Shown here: piece after piece, positions 26,859 through 37,904 of the stretch | Position numbering within the stretch: position 1 is the first letter of the stretch | How the letters are laid out: every line of letters starts with the position of its first letter | Source: Callorhinchus milii | Taxonomy: Eukaryota | Direction: 5' to 3' | Assembly: GCF_018977255.1 (NCBI RefSeq) | Contig: NW_024704752.1 | Span: 11,780,001-11,844,000 of the forward strand | Length of the DNA: 64,000 nt | Translations under genes and position numbers: made by a program | Notes under the pieces: model-generated | The model's database searches: none | What the model saw: the letters and a program-made list of their open reading frames with translations, nothing else | Told to the model about the DNA's origin: nothing

Positions 26859-27473
26859 CTGGGGAACAGATTATTGTTGAACATAACAGTGACAATACAA
26901 TGCACCTGCAAGTCCATGTCACACAAGCATAATTCAAGTCTAATGGTTCTTGGCAAAGCAGTTGGCCTTTTTTCAGGATTAAGTTCTACATAACGGGACA
27001 GAAGCCAGCTTATTATCAACCTGTTTGTTGGTGTTTTTCTTGGGTCATGAAAGTTGGATTTTTGGGTTCGTCCCAACTTGTCCAAGGAGGGGTTTCTCCT
27101 ATTTTCTAATATGTATACATAATATAAACCAATGGATCATTTGACTTTGGGCACATTACTCTGAGTGGATTGTAGACCGAAAATATAATTTTAAAAAACA
27201 TACAGAGAACAACAACAAAAACAAAAGTATGTAAAGAGTTCAGAGTCCAGGAGGACTGAAAAAGTCCTGAGAGCAGGATACGCTTGATCTTCCTTAGGCT
27301 TGACATTTCCGCGTTGCAAGTGTTTTTGTTTAAAAATAAAACGAAGGAAGACACGCATGATTGAAAGGAGAGAGAAAGGAGGCGAGAGAAGAATGGTGCC
27401 GTTTTCCATAATGGCATATTCACTTTGGGAGAGAATTGGAGAATGTAAAAGCATGTGGCTATGTGCCACCCAC

Positions 27474-27543
27474 CTGCAGCAGATGCCTTGTGTTGGTTTC
27501 GTGATGCGGAGTCAGTAGTACCAAATGCACACAACAGCAAACT
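27474..27543 (-). CDS. Candidate 70-nt internal exon (phase 0 to 1: SLLLCAFGTTDSASRNQHKASAA-G)
   Basis: Acceptor aattttgtttctttag| and donor CAG|gtgggt. The open frame joins the 26858 exon in phase. Confidence 0.45.
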
Positions 27544-28339
27544 CTAAAGAAACAAAATTATTTCAAAAGAACCTTCTTCAGTTGTACCCACATTGATATG
27601 GAACATGCTGCTGTAGACAATACAGTTAAATAAAAACGAGTATTTCAAGACTAGAGTTGATTTTATCCAAAAGTAGGTCATAGTTTTTTTCAGCCAGAGT
27701 CATGCTGACTTTATTAGAAGTTATTAGGTATCTGTTACTAATGGTTCCTGGGATGGGAGGAACCCACACTTTGGAGAAATATTTCCAATTGCAACTTTCC
27801 AACCACAAACTTCCTGACCACAAAAAATGCCTACAACAGGATCTCAAAAAAACTGGAACAGATGAAGCAGCTATTCTCTATTCTCCCTTTTTATTCTCCA
27901 AACAATCAATTGAATGCATATGTTTCTTTTGATGCTACCACTACTTGAGAAACACACAAACACATAGGCATAAATGAGCTCCAATATGCAAACATGCAAT
28001 GAGAAAGATATCTCTGCAGGTACGCTGCACTATTCGTGACACAATTTTATATTTGCAGCGTCTTCCGTGCAGTTGTAGTTATTCATGTGATTTACGTTCA
28101 AAGTAGAGAATCTTCTCGTACACAAGCATTACCCGAGTGACCCATTTAGAAGCGTGTTTGCAATGGTCAAGCATGATATCAATGCTTAACGACTGCATCT
28201 ACAGGTAGTCAGATTCCTGGGAACTTAGTGAAAACTGGTGTATCTCATCCCTCTTACAGTCTTGTAGGCATTGATATATCTGCTGGTTTCAGCAATCCAG
28301 TCAGCATGTATAAATCTGTAATTCTTGATGATTTCGGCA

Positions 28340-28562
28340 GACATTCCAGTCCATTGATGTGGTGTGTTGCATTGTTGGAAATGCCGGGCTTCAGCGGAAA
28401 ATTAAACTGAGCTCCTGTCTACCTGTTCAGGTGATGTTAAAGAATTAGCTACCGCATTTGCCTACAAATAGTTACTAAATATTACAGTAAATCCAGTGAA
28501 ATGCTTTGAGACATCCTCCTGATATAAAAAGCACTATATCAAATGTAAGGATTATTATTATT
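28340..28562 (+). mobile_element. Deu-SINE, internally deleted
   Basis: gcattgttggaaatgccg...attaaactgagctcctgtctacctgttcaggtg...gctttgagacatcc...ctatatcaaatgtaaggattatt. Confidence 0.7.
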
Positions 28563-29944
28563 TTTTTCTCACTCATCCCTCAGCACTGACTCAACCAGAA
28601 TGGAATCTATAATTATCCCATCACTCAGGGTTCTTAGACTATGTTATTCATAGGTTACATCAGATTTCTCTCAGTGGTGTTAAAATTGTAGAACCTTAAC
28701 TGCTGACCCGTCTGAAATCAGTTACTTTAGTAGAGAGCAGCACTCAAATCTGTGACACTCTGATCCATTTAACTTAGTGCTACATTCACTGGCCATTAAA
28801 AATGAACATGGTAGTGACTTTTTGCTGTCAATATATTGCCCTGGACTATATGGATTTAGTGTTGTATATACAAATGTTCAGATTCTGCAACTGGAATAAG
28901 TAATGGAATGGTTTTACAATAGCAGCTATTAATATTTTGGCAAATGCCTACAAATGCGATCCATTAACACCCAATCGACTGCACGTTTATTCCGTGTGCA
29001 TTCAAGAATGAAGAATTAGCTAAATGACTAATTTATCAAAATTAAGATTGATGGTTTGGGGAATTCCTTCCATGACATAAATGAGTTAAGAAAAGATGAT
29101 CAGGGCCCTGCTGGATACAGCCATGGCTAATTTACTTGCAGGCATTCAGATGTTATGATAAGGCTAACATTACTGGAAGACAAATAATTCATGATGTGCA
29201 GGTTTGCTCTCACTTTAAGGGGAAGATTGGATTACGTTTCTATCTGTCTGTCTGAAGAGATGCTGCAGAAAGCAAGCGTTTACAGATTTTATGTCCTCAA
29301 ACATGCTTCATTCAAGCAGAAACAACTAATTTGTTTCAGCTCATTTATATTCATGAGGGTCAATGTTACATCGATCACTAAAATCTGCAAACTTTTCACT
29401 ACTTCTTTACAATTACATTTCTATTTACAGTGTAAAGCTGCAACAAAAAATTCACTACTTATTGATCAGTGTATTGCTATTGCTTGCCATTCATAATGTT
29501 GAAGTTTAATCTGAATAATTGTTCATTCAATTGCTACTCAAGAAAAATATTCTTGATGAAAAAAATTTTGCAAAAGGTTTTTGTGTGAAAGGAGGAATCC
29601 GTGTCATTTGTAATTGCGGTGGTACAATTATGTGACTCAATTGATCCACTACCACAATTTTTATTGGCATAAAGTGATTCATGTTACTTGCGAACAATGG
29701 GACAGCAGAGCTAACTACAGTTCCACCATTTTGACTGAAATCAGCTACATTAGATATTTGCATGATACCTAGCAGTGCATGTATTCACTGAGCCTTTAGG
29801 CCATTTCCAATAACTGTTCAATGAAGATGGTTCCCTCCCCTTTTAAGTCGAATTTACTGAAGGTCTGATTTTTCATCATTCCGCTGTTAGCAATCGATTC
29901 CAGGACCCAAAATATGATAGGATGCAAGCGATTATTAATAAAAA

Positions 29945-30310
29945 TAGTAATCCTTGCATTTGATATAGAGCCCTAACAAGTTGTTGAGACGTCTCAAAGC
30001 ATTTCACTGTAAAGTGGATTGACTGTATTTTGTGGGTGAAACAAAGCAGTCAGTTGAGCATTGCAGTGTCCCACAAACAGCCGTGGAGTGAATGACCAAT
30101 TTTTAAAATATATTTGGGGGATTGTTGGCCAGAATGACGCTGAAAGAATTGAACTGACCCAAACCCTGGAACTGGCAGCAGATGACATCAAAGAAGATGG
30201 AAGTATACCACTGTGTCAAATTTCAGAGTTTCAGAGAAACTCCTTTCTCTTTTCGAATGGTGTCACAGGATCTTTAACATCCACCCGAAGAGATAGGTGG
30301 GACCTCTTAT
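29945..30310 (-). mobile_element. Deu-SINE interrupted by a ~95-bp foreign insertion
   Basis: Tail at 29945-30010, Deu core at 30050-30100, ttgttggccagaa up to 30134. The SINE resumes at gagaaactcc (~30234) and continues ttcgaatggtgtcacaggatctttaacatccacc. Confidence 0.85.
30134..30227 (+). pseudogene. TXNL1: Captured fragment of thioredoxin-like protein 1 (PITH domain) coding sequence
   Basis: Translates DAERIELTQTLELAADDIKEDGSIPL, then after a frameshift gtc aaa ttt cag = VKFQ. The recalled vertebrate TXNL1 sequence is EAERSEPTQALELTEDDIKEDGIVPLRYVKFQ, giving 18/26 identities plus VKFQ. Confidence 0.8.
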
Positions 30311-30596
30311 AAAACAGAGAAACGTTCTTAAAATCTGTATTTTTTTAACAGTTATTTAAGTCATTTGGTAGGGCAGTTTATGTAATAGTATATCCATATA
30401 TCCAGAAATTAAGAAAAATATGCTTTGAGAAGAACTAGCTCACAGTGAATGTGTTAGAAATACATACATCGAACAAGAAATCTCTTGACCTGTGGTTACC
30501 ATCATCATAAGTTATGGTCTTAAGCAGAGCATCTTGCAACGTTCAACGGGATCCTAATCTTGAGAATACAATTCCAAAGTACGTCATAAAACTGAC

Positions 30597-30622
30597 CTTA
30601 TAATTGAACTGGATGGAAATCT
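30597..30622 (-). CDS. Candidate 26-nt microexon (phase 1 to 0: (E)ISIQFNYK)
   Basis: Acceptor catctctgtttcctacag| and donor AAG|gtcagt. Phase-compatible with both flanking candidate exons. Confidence 0.45.
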
Positions 30623-31644
30623 CTGTAGGAAACAGAGATGTCACAAGGGTACAGTCAGGGGGTGCTGTTGCTCTTCTCAGGTCAGGGTTAAAGTTACATT
30701 CCGTATAAGGGGAGTTCAAATTACAATGTATATACACGTTACTTGCGAGGGAAAGGAATTCTCGAGCTCAAACTGTAAAAATGTTTCATTTCTCAGCTTC
30801 CCTCAACTTAATAAGCACATGTATGCACCAAAAAATGTCCTGATTTCAATCAGAGCATAAAATGACTTGGCAACAACTTTTTAAACGGACAGGTCACTCA
30901 TTGAGTGGCTGAACTGGTTGCAGTCTTACCAGGTGGTTTAGAAAATTCTGAAGGCCGCACATCAGTTGAATTCCTCGTTGGGTACACGGTTTTCCAACGT
31001 GTTGACAAAACATTGGTTCACAAGTCACGAAAACAATTGTGAAGCCAAAAAAATTATTTTGATAAGTAGGGTTAGAAAATAGCTCAAAGGGATGCTTTGC
31101 TTCTCACACTCCAATTTCTTCCACAGAGAAAGATTGAAAGAAAAGCACTTACATTTTTAGAGTCCCTATAAAACTGAAAAGTCTCAAAGCATTTGACTAC
31201 TAATATCTAACCCCACCACAACCCCAACTAGCTGAGATCAACTAACTAGGCACAAACTAGGGATCAAGACTTACTTGCTTGCATATCTCAATTATTTGTA
31301 GTGGAATAGTGCCACTTATCATCACAACTGAGTTTTCATGCAGATAAGCATGATCACTCTTCTTCTATTTGGATAGTGCAAACATGTGGGTGGTACAGCA
31401 TTTTTTCGCAATGTTTATATCTGGTAAAATAGTAAACAGCATACTTTCTCGCAAGGTCAACCTCAATGTGTACAAAAATAGAGGAATGAGCTGCCATTTG
31501 CAACAGTTCTCGTAGAATCTCAACAAGATTTTTCTTTCTCCAATCCAACTGGTAGCAAGTCTGAACTTCAGAAACACATGCCAGTATTACGCCATGAAAC
31601 AAGGCATTAAATTGAAGGAGAATGTCTATCCAGTTCAATTACAG

Positions 31645-31860
31645 CACCCTCGCCTTTACCAATGCTGGTCACCCTCTTCAAGGCTGGTCTCAAGACCCTT
31701 CTCTTTGATCGTGCCTTCAGTCACCCTCCCACCTTTCTGCTTTCCCTCATCCCTAAACCATCCCTCCCCCATGCTCAGGCCCCGACTTCTAACTGTTCAG
31801 CGCTTTGGGACGTCCTCCCAATGCGAAAGGCGCTCTATAAATGTAATTTTGTTGTTGTTA
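31645..31860 (+). mobile_element. L2 LINE 3' end
   Basis: LFKAGLKTLLFDRAF motif, then tail cagcgctttgggacgtcctcccaatgcgaaaggcgctctataaatgtaattttgttgttg. Confidence 0.9.
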
Positions 31861-31878
31861 TACATGCCTAATGCGTTG

Positions 31879-32255
31879 CAGTAATCCTTGCATTACAGTA
31901 ATCCTTGCATATTGATATAACTCCTTATCATATCTTCTAGACGGTTCAAAGCGCTTCACAGAATATACTGTAAAGTGAATTGACTATATTTTGTGGGTGA
32001 AATGCAGCAGCCAATTGCGTACAGCAGTGTCCCACAAACAGTCGTGGATGACGTGACCATTTTATTACTATAAATTTTTTGAAGGAATTATTATCCCCGG
32101 AAAAGCGATCCGCCAATCGACTAACAACTGGGTTCCTACTTACTGCTAGGTAAACAGAGGTGTGTGGGGTAAGGAAACTTGCCCAAGGTTTTGCTCTGCC
32201 GGGAATCAAACCCAGGTCTTTTGCTTGTGAGGTGAGTGCTCTAACCACTGAGCTA
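31879..32255 (-). mobile_element. Young full-length SINE (long subfamily): tRNA head, central domain, Deu segment, L2-type tail
   Basis: tagctcagtggttagagcac (A-box), gggtttgattccc (B-box), ccttgggcaagtttcc, ctctgtttacctagcagtaagtagg, gtttgtgggacactgctgtacgcaattggctgc, ctgtgaagcgctttg tail. Confidence 0.92.
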
Positions 32256-32278
32256 AAACATAGGTCTGTAAGTGACTG

Positions 32279-32375
32279 AATTTTTTTTAAAAATCCTCAT
32301 CCTTATCAAGAAACACAAATAGTGAAAGCTCCCTTGGGGTCTGGTCCATAAGCAAATTAATAACTGTAACTTTTT
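32279..32375 (+). repeat. Unclassified ~100-bp dispersed repeat, copy 2
   Basis: atcaagaaacacaaatagtgaaagctcccttggggtctggtccataagcaaattaata. Confidence 0.8.
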
Positions 32376-34299
32376 TGCATGTGGAAGATAATGCTGAGCT
32401 AGTACAGTATTTCTAGAATCTGGAGTCAATCCAAATCCAAACCCTTTATAGAAGTTTGCACAAGGAGATTTAGTGAAGTAATGCCATCGGGTTTAATTTT
32501 ACGCAAAGTGATCTTGACTGAAATTATATCAGTCTCTCATCCTGCGTCATCCGGGCATGGCACCTCCATTGCCTTGAGAATATGTGACATTTAACACTGT
32601 CAAGTGCTAAACTGGATTGCGGAAAAAGCCAAAATATTAAAAATTGTGAACACAAAAGAGGATGAGCACAAACCATTCCATGTCAACTTGCCCTGATTAA
32701 TTTATCAGTAAATCCACTCTCCAGGGTGAAATTGAATCACAGTTTGCTCATCTCAGACAGCCCGGCAGCGAGGATGCTTCACTTAACTTAATTGTCTTTG
32801 AACTAGCCACAATCCTGCTGCTGATTGCACATATGTGTGTATGGGTGTGGATCAATATATGTGTGTAGACTTTGTCTTGTAACAGAGTATACTAGAGGTA
32901 GTATAGCTTTATGAAATAGATAGCCTTGTTGTTACTACCCAGCAGATTTTATAGCTCTTTGGAATGCAGTAATCTCATGCTTATCATGTGCTGTGCACCT
33001 TAGATGAGGTGGTATTTTAGCCTGCAGAGAAGACTGAGTCTCTGTTGTTCTCAAGAGCCAGATCTGGTGATTATTAAACCTTTTTATCCATGCAAAGTCC
33101 TAAAATGCATCCAACAGCTATTTCAATCCCTTTGGATTCGGTCACTTTTCTGACACAAATTTAATATTCCAACATCTTAATTAGTGATGGTTTATGTTTA
33201 ACAAGTGATCTTTAATTAAGGAAATAAATTGCTGTTGCAAGCATAATGATGTTGGTTTGAGGTTGGAGTGGGATTATGCTGAAGCTGCTTTTACTTTACT
33301 GTATTCAGATGTATCTATGCTCAGACATGCTTTGAGATTAGTACATGTAATGTCAGCCAAATGTCTTGCACCTCCATATTCAAAGCGATGAGAACGCTAA
33401 AATATCCAGTTTATTAATAGGGATCCTTCCCCTCATTCTCATCAATTTTCTCCTCTACCTCTAATTTCCTGAAGGCGTTTCAGTTCTTTTTCGCCTTTAA
33501 TGATGCACAGTCCCATGGTTACTGATAATCGATCCAGATGGTTACTGTGGATAATTTAGCCTGGATGGTGGATAGAACATTCTATTAAGACTTTGAGTGT
33601 GTGTGTGTATGTGTTGGGAGGGGGGTAGTTGGGAAAGGGCCATTGCAACTGAGTTCATTTGGATTCTCTCCCATTGTCCAGATAGAAACTCTGAAGTTGT
33701 TGAATGATCAGAAAGAGGAGGTGATTTCTTTAGGTGAGTTTCCTTCATGGAATCATTTGCAACTAAGACTAATTATTGTGTCCCTAGTGAAGTATAACAA
33801 TCAGGCATCTGGTATGTTACAACAGACATATCTTTACCTGGTCAGATTTAACTCTCACTGAGCTAGTGGGGCAGGAGGGTGGGGGGAGTTCTCTGTGTGC
33901 AGAGCCAAGCTTACACGTAACATACAAGTAACGCAAACACAGTTGGCCACTTACACTGAGGTTAAGACAAGCCTGATATTGGCGCAATATAACTGAGACA
34001 CATGAGACGTGTTTTTTAACATGCGCAAATGTGCAACTTTTTTTTACAATGATCTATATAATTGCATACGTAGAAGGAATGTGGACTAAATTAAGAAGGA
34101 ATATAAACTGGAATGCAATGAAAGTTGAAGCAGAGAACTGGGCCCAGCAGTTTAGAAGGCTCCAAAATATGACACTCACTAAATCATTGCTGAGTAGTCA
34201 TTCCTGGCTAAATGAGCAGGGCAAAGGCAGAGTTCCTCCTTTTATCCAATGTAATATGTGCTATGTTTGAGGATAAAATAAAAAAACTCTACATTTTCA

Positions 34300-34465
34300 T
34301 TGGGCCCTTCACGCAGGATACCATGTCGAAGTGGTACAGTGGCAGGCTGGGACGCTGAGCAAGGGATAAGGGGGAGATGACCATGAATGTGGTTGAAGAG
34401 GTAGATCTTCAAGTGGGATTTAAAGATAGCTAAAGGGCGACTGAAACAGGAAGTTCCAGAGATTA
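34300..34465 (-). mobile_element. Old L2 3' fragment
   Basis: Minus-strand translation IFKSHLKIYLFNHIHGHLP and LWNFL resemble the L2 ORF2 end (FKS.LKT.LF; LWNSLP). Confidence 0.6.
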
Positions 34466-34609
34466 GGGGAATAGTAAGTGTAAAAGTCATAGTAAAATAC
34501 ATTATGAACACTCAACAGTAAGCCATTGAATCTCTCTGCACAAGCAAGATACCACAAGATAACTACCATGTTCAACGGCTTTTCATCCAGTATATGACTT
34601 ACAACTCCT

Positions 34610-34900
34610 CCAATGGCTGAGTGCATAAAGGCACCAATGTCAAATTCTGTTTTGCGCTAGATTAGCTGAAGTCAACCAGAGCAACATTTGGGATATGACA
34701 TTTGACCATATTCTTCTTGGATTAAAGAGAGAAAATCTAATAGTTAATTTTTTCAGTTCTCGATTGCTACCCAGTGACTTATACTGGAAGGTCGATATAC
34801 ACAGATGGGGATGTGATTAGATTTAGCTATGACAATCCGTGTTGCTTAATATATTGCAAATTCTCACCATCAAGGTTCAAACATTAATGCTACTTGGCTG
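34610..34900 (+). mobile_element. Family A SINE, degraded near-full copy
   Basis: atggctgagtgcataaa head; ttagctgaagtcaacc; gattgctacccagtgac; cttggctgaggaaccag. Confidence 0.55.
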
Positions 34901-35588
34901 AGGAACCAGAAGATGTTATCTTTTTTTAAAAAAAACGAAAGTGATTAGTTTATGGCATTTAAATATTAAGTTTATAAATTCAATTCTATTTTCAATATCT
35001 AGAACCCAGAAGTTTTAGTTACATTTTACAATGATTGGCATATGCAACGGATTTTTTGAACAGTTTATGCTACAAATCTCTTCAGTGAATGAAAGTCTTC
35101 TCAAATACATAAACAGCTAAACAAATAATATTAGAATCTGGATGGTCTGGAATTATTCATAATGGGAAGACTTAAAACTGTCCCCACGGATTAAATAGTG
35201 GATTTATCTGCAATCAGGAAGCAGTGCTTTATATTCCAATCATTTTTACTCAGTGACTTTTAAAGAAACCAGCAGTAGAATTTTGTTTTTTTATTTAAAA
35301 AAAGCTTTACTCAAGGAATGTTTTGAATGAAGTTTTGTGACTCAATGCATTTTTTTGTTGCAAATTCAACTTCTTGGTATTTAGCTTTGGAACATTTGCC
35401 AAATTAAATTTTGTAAACATATGTTTTTTTTCTCTCAAGAACAGTTTCATGTTCTCCCTCATGTGGACTGAGAGGACATTCAGTCCTTCAAGGCTGACTT
35501 CCCCCACCACTCAACACTAGATATACAAGCAAAGTTTTCTTTAAGATCACCCACCTTTCAATCCTGCTGAAGTGGATCCAATGCTTAC

Positions 35589-35622
35589 CTGACAAGGTGG
35601 TCAACCACATTGTGTGAGCTGT
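35589..35622 (-). CDS. Candidate 34-nt exon (phase 0 to 1: TAHTMWLTTLS-; or DSSHNVVDHLV- in the alternative frame)
   Basis: Acceptor ctgttttattctttttacaacag| and near-consensus donor CAG|gtaagc. Confidence 0.5.
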
Positions 35623-35739
35623 CTGTTGTAAAAAGAATAAAACAGCATACTGTTCTAGTCGAATTCTGTCACTAATGTAAGGCCAGCATGACTTGTCTTT
35701 TTGTGCCAATAGATTGACCTAGGACTCACGACTTTAATT

Positions 35740-36110
35740 TGAGCTAGTTAATGGCACACTTGACCTCTGGGTCAGAAAGTTGTGGGTTTAAGCATCGCAC
35801 TAAGACTTCAATCCAATATAGTACTGAGAGAATGCTCCATTGTAGGAGATTTCAACCTTTAGGTGACATGCTTGATGTTCTTGTTCTGGTGGTTCAGATG
35901 AACACCCCATAACACTATTTTGAAGGACATTAAAGAATTCTGTCATTTCTGTGCAAGATTCTAATGAATATTCTACCCTCATCTAACCTAAGCAAAGTAC
36001 ATCTTAAATTTGGCCATTCATCTCATGTTGGTTTGTGGGGAAAACTCTGCAGTGTCAGATTAGTTGCTGCGTTTACCAGCATAACAGTACGACACTTCAA
36101 AGTAACCCAT
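35740..36110 (+). mobile_element. Old full-length tRNA/Deu SINE
   Basis: ctctgggtcagaaagttgtgggtttaagc head; gtactgagagaatgct; cactattttgaag; gtttgtgggga..ctgcagtg...gctgcgttt. Confidence 0.65.
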
Positions 36111-36334
36111 AAAGTATAATCAGACCCCCATTATCACGTGCTTCAATATAGTGCAGGTTCATTATAGAACAGGTGTACTGTATAACTATGGTATACTTTT
36201 GGCTTCTAGTGCTGACTGGTCCAGTATGACCCAAATCACAATATAATAATGGATCTGGGGTAATATTAAGATAATTAATTATCGTAAGTATTTATTTACT
36301 GAAAAAAATTACCATTTCCATTTTGCACAATCAC

Positions 36335-36440
36335 ATGTGCATGAAGGAGGCCCTTCGGCCCATCCAATTTCATCTCTCTAGACTAAAACCTCTACTCTAC
36401 CATTTTACCCATCACAGCATCAAGTTGCTTTTAAACGAGC
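36335..36440 (-). mobile_element. CR1 LINE 3' end
   Basis: Reverse complement gatgggccgaagggcctcc is the typical CR1 3' UTR motif. Confidence 0.55.
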
Positions 36441-37094
36441 AGAGTGTCTTTCCACCAGGCATTGTTCAGGACTATCATGAGAATTCCATCTATGTGTGGC
36501 ATGGAGTAAATAATGCTTTTTTGGGTAAGTTTTTAGACCACAACATTTCAGACCACAGATACCAGAATCCGTTCACGGTCTCTCCTGTGAGTAAATCCTG
36601 ATTGCTCAGTTGCTCTCCACTACCTCACACAAGTGACCGTTTCTCATATGCAAGCCTACACCTTGGGACATCCTCCCCATGTGAAAGGTGCTACACAAAT
36701 ATAATCTTGTTCTTCTTCTTGTACACAGTGAGGCTCAGCAGGAAATGTGCGGGGATATGTAGAAATATGTGAGCAGGAAACCACAACACACTCAATTTGA
36801 TTCTGATCTGAAATAATAATTCTTGCATTTGATATAGCGCCTTAACACATTGTCAAGACACCCTAAGCCCTTCACACTATATATTGCAAAGTGGATTGAC
36901 TATATATTTTGTGGGCAAAACAAAGATTAGGAATCAAATTTGGGAGTTCCTTGCTCTGTATGCAAAACGCAGATGGAATTCTGAGCTTTCCCTGAGATGT
37001 ACTCAATCTCAAGTGCATCCCTCCCTCATATTGTTAAAAGTGGATTTTTCCATTTATTTTTCCCAATCAGAAAAACTCTCCAGTGAAGTTAACC

Positions 37095-37290
37095 ATTAGT
37101 GAGATTGGCCATTAGTGCTTAATTGAGAGGGATTTTGTGCCGTGGGTTTAACGCCTGGTAAAAACATCTCTAAGATGTCCAGATTCTTTCACTTGAGAAA
37201 CAACTGATCACAGAAAGACTTTCATGCTATCAATTTGGTCTGGATTTGAACCCAGGTCTAAGATGTTAAAGGTCAACTGCACCACCCACT
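37095..37290 (-). mobile_element. LF-SINE-like relic
   Basis: attagtgcttaattgagagggattttgtg...ctttcac...gactttca...ggtctggatttgaacccaggtc..agatgttaaagg is colinear with the reverse complement of the LF-SINE 5' half, compared from memory. Confidence 0.55.
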
Positions 37291-37339
37291 CCTCTGGCAG
37301 TCAACCTCTTTTGGAAAGTGGTGACTAACTACACGACTG

Positions 37340-37468
37340 CAATTCAATTGGCTGCCACTTTTCGCCCACAAATTCACTTTACGGTACATTCTGTGAAGAG
37401 CTTTGAGACATCTCAACAACGTGATAAGGCGCTTTATCAAATACAAAGATTATTATATATTATTATTG
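37340..37468 (+). mobile_element. SINE 3' part
   Basis: aattggctgcc..tttcgcccacaaattcactttac...ctttgagacatctcaacaacgtgataaggcgc. Confidence 0.8.
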
Positions 37469-37904
37469 TACAATGTGCCCCAAATTCTTTATTTGTATGC
37501 AGGGTGATGCATTGACCTGTGAGCTTGGTTGATTCTAAAAAAAAACTTGGATTTTTCACTCACATGAAAGGATTTCACTAGATCTGTAAATTTATGCAAG
37601 GGTCACAAAAGGTGGTGGGAAAAAATAAAATACTGACAGTGAACATAAATGCAAAATTCTCAGAAATGTTTCTTCTTTTGAATTGCCAAACCCCACAATT
37701 ATCTCAAGTATGTTTGAACAATGGAAGATTGTTTGAAATGTATTAAAAAGAACTCTACTGGCCTAATACATTAACACTGATGTTACAAGTTTGTTGGAAT
37801 TTCAGGCATGCTGTTGGCTGACCAACTCAGTGGCAATACTGTGTATCCGTGTCCCAAATTTTCTAAATATTCCATCAGAAGAGCTGGTAGATTAATTTTT
37901 GACA

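Noticed and set aside
27106-27540. 144-aa ORF as a single-exon membrane protein
   Set aside because: Non-ATG start, low-complexity T-rich sequence, and it reads through a candidate donor; better explained as an exon plus intron.
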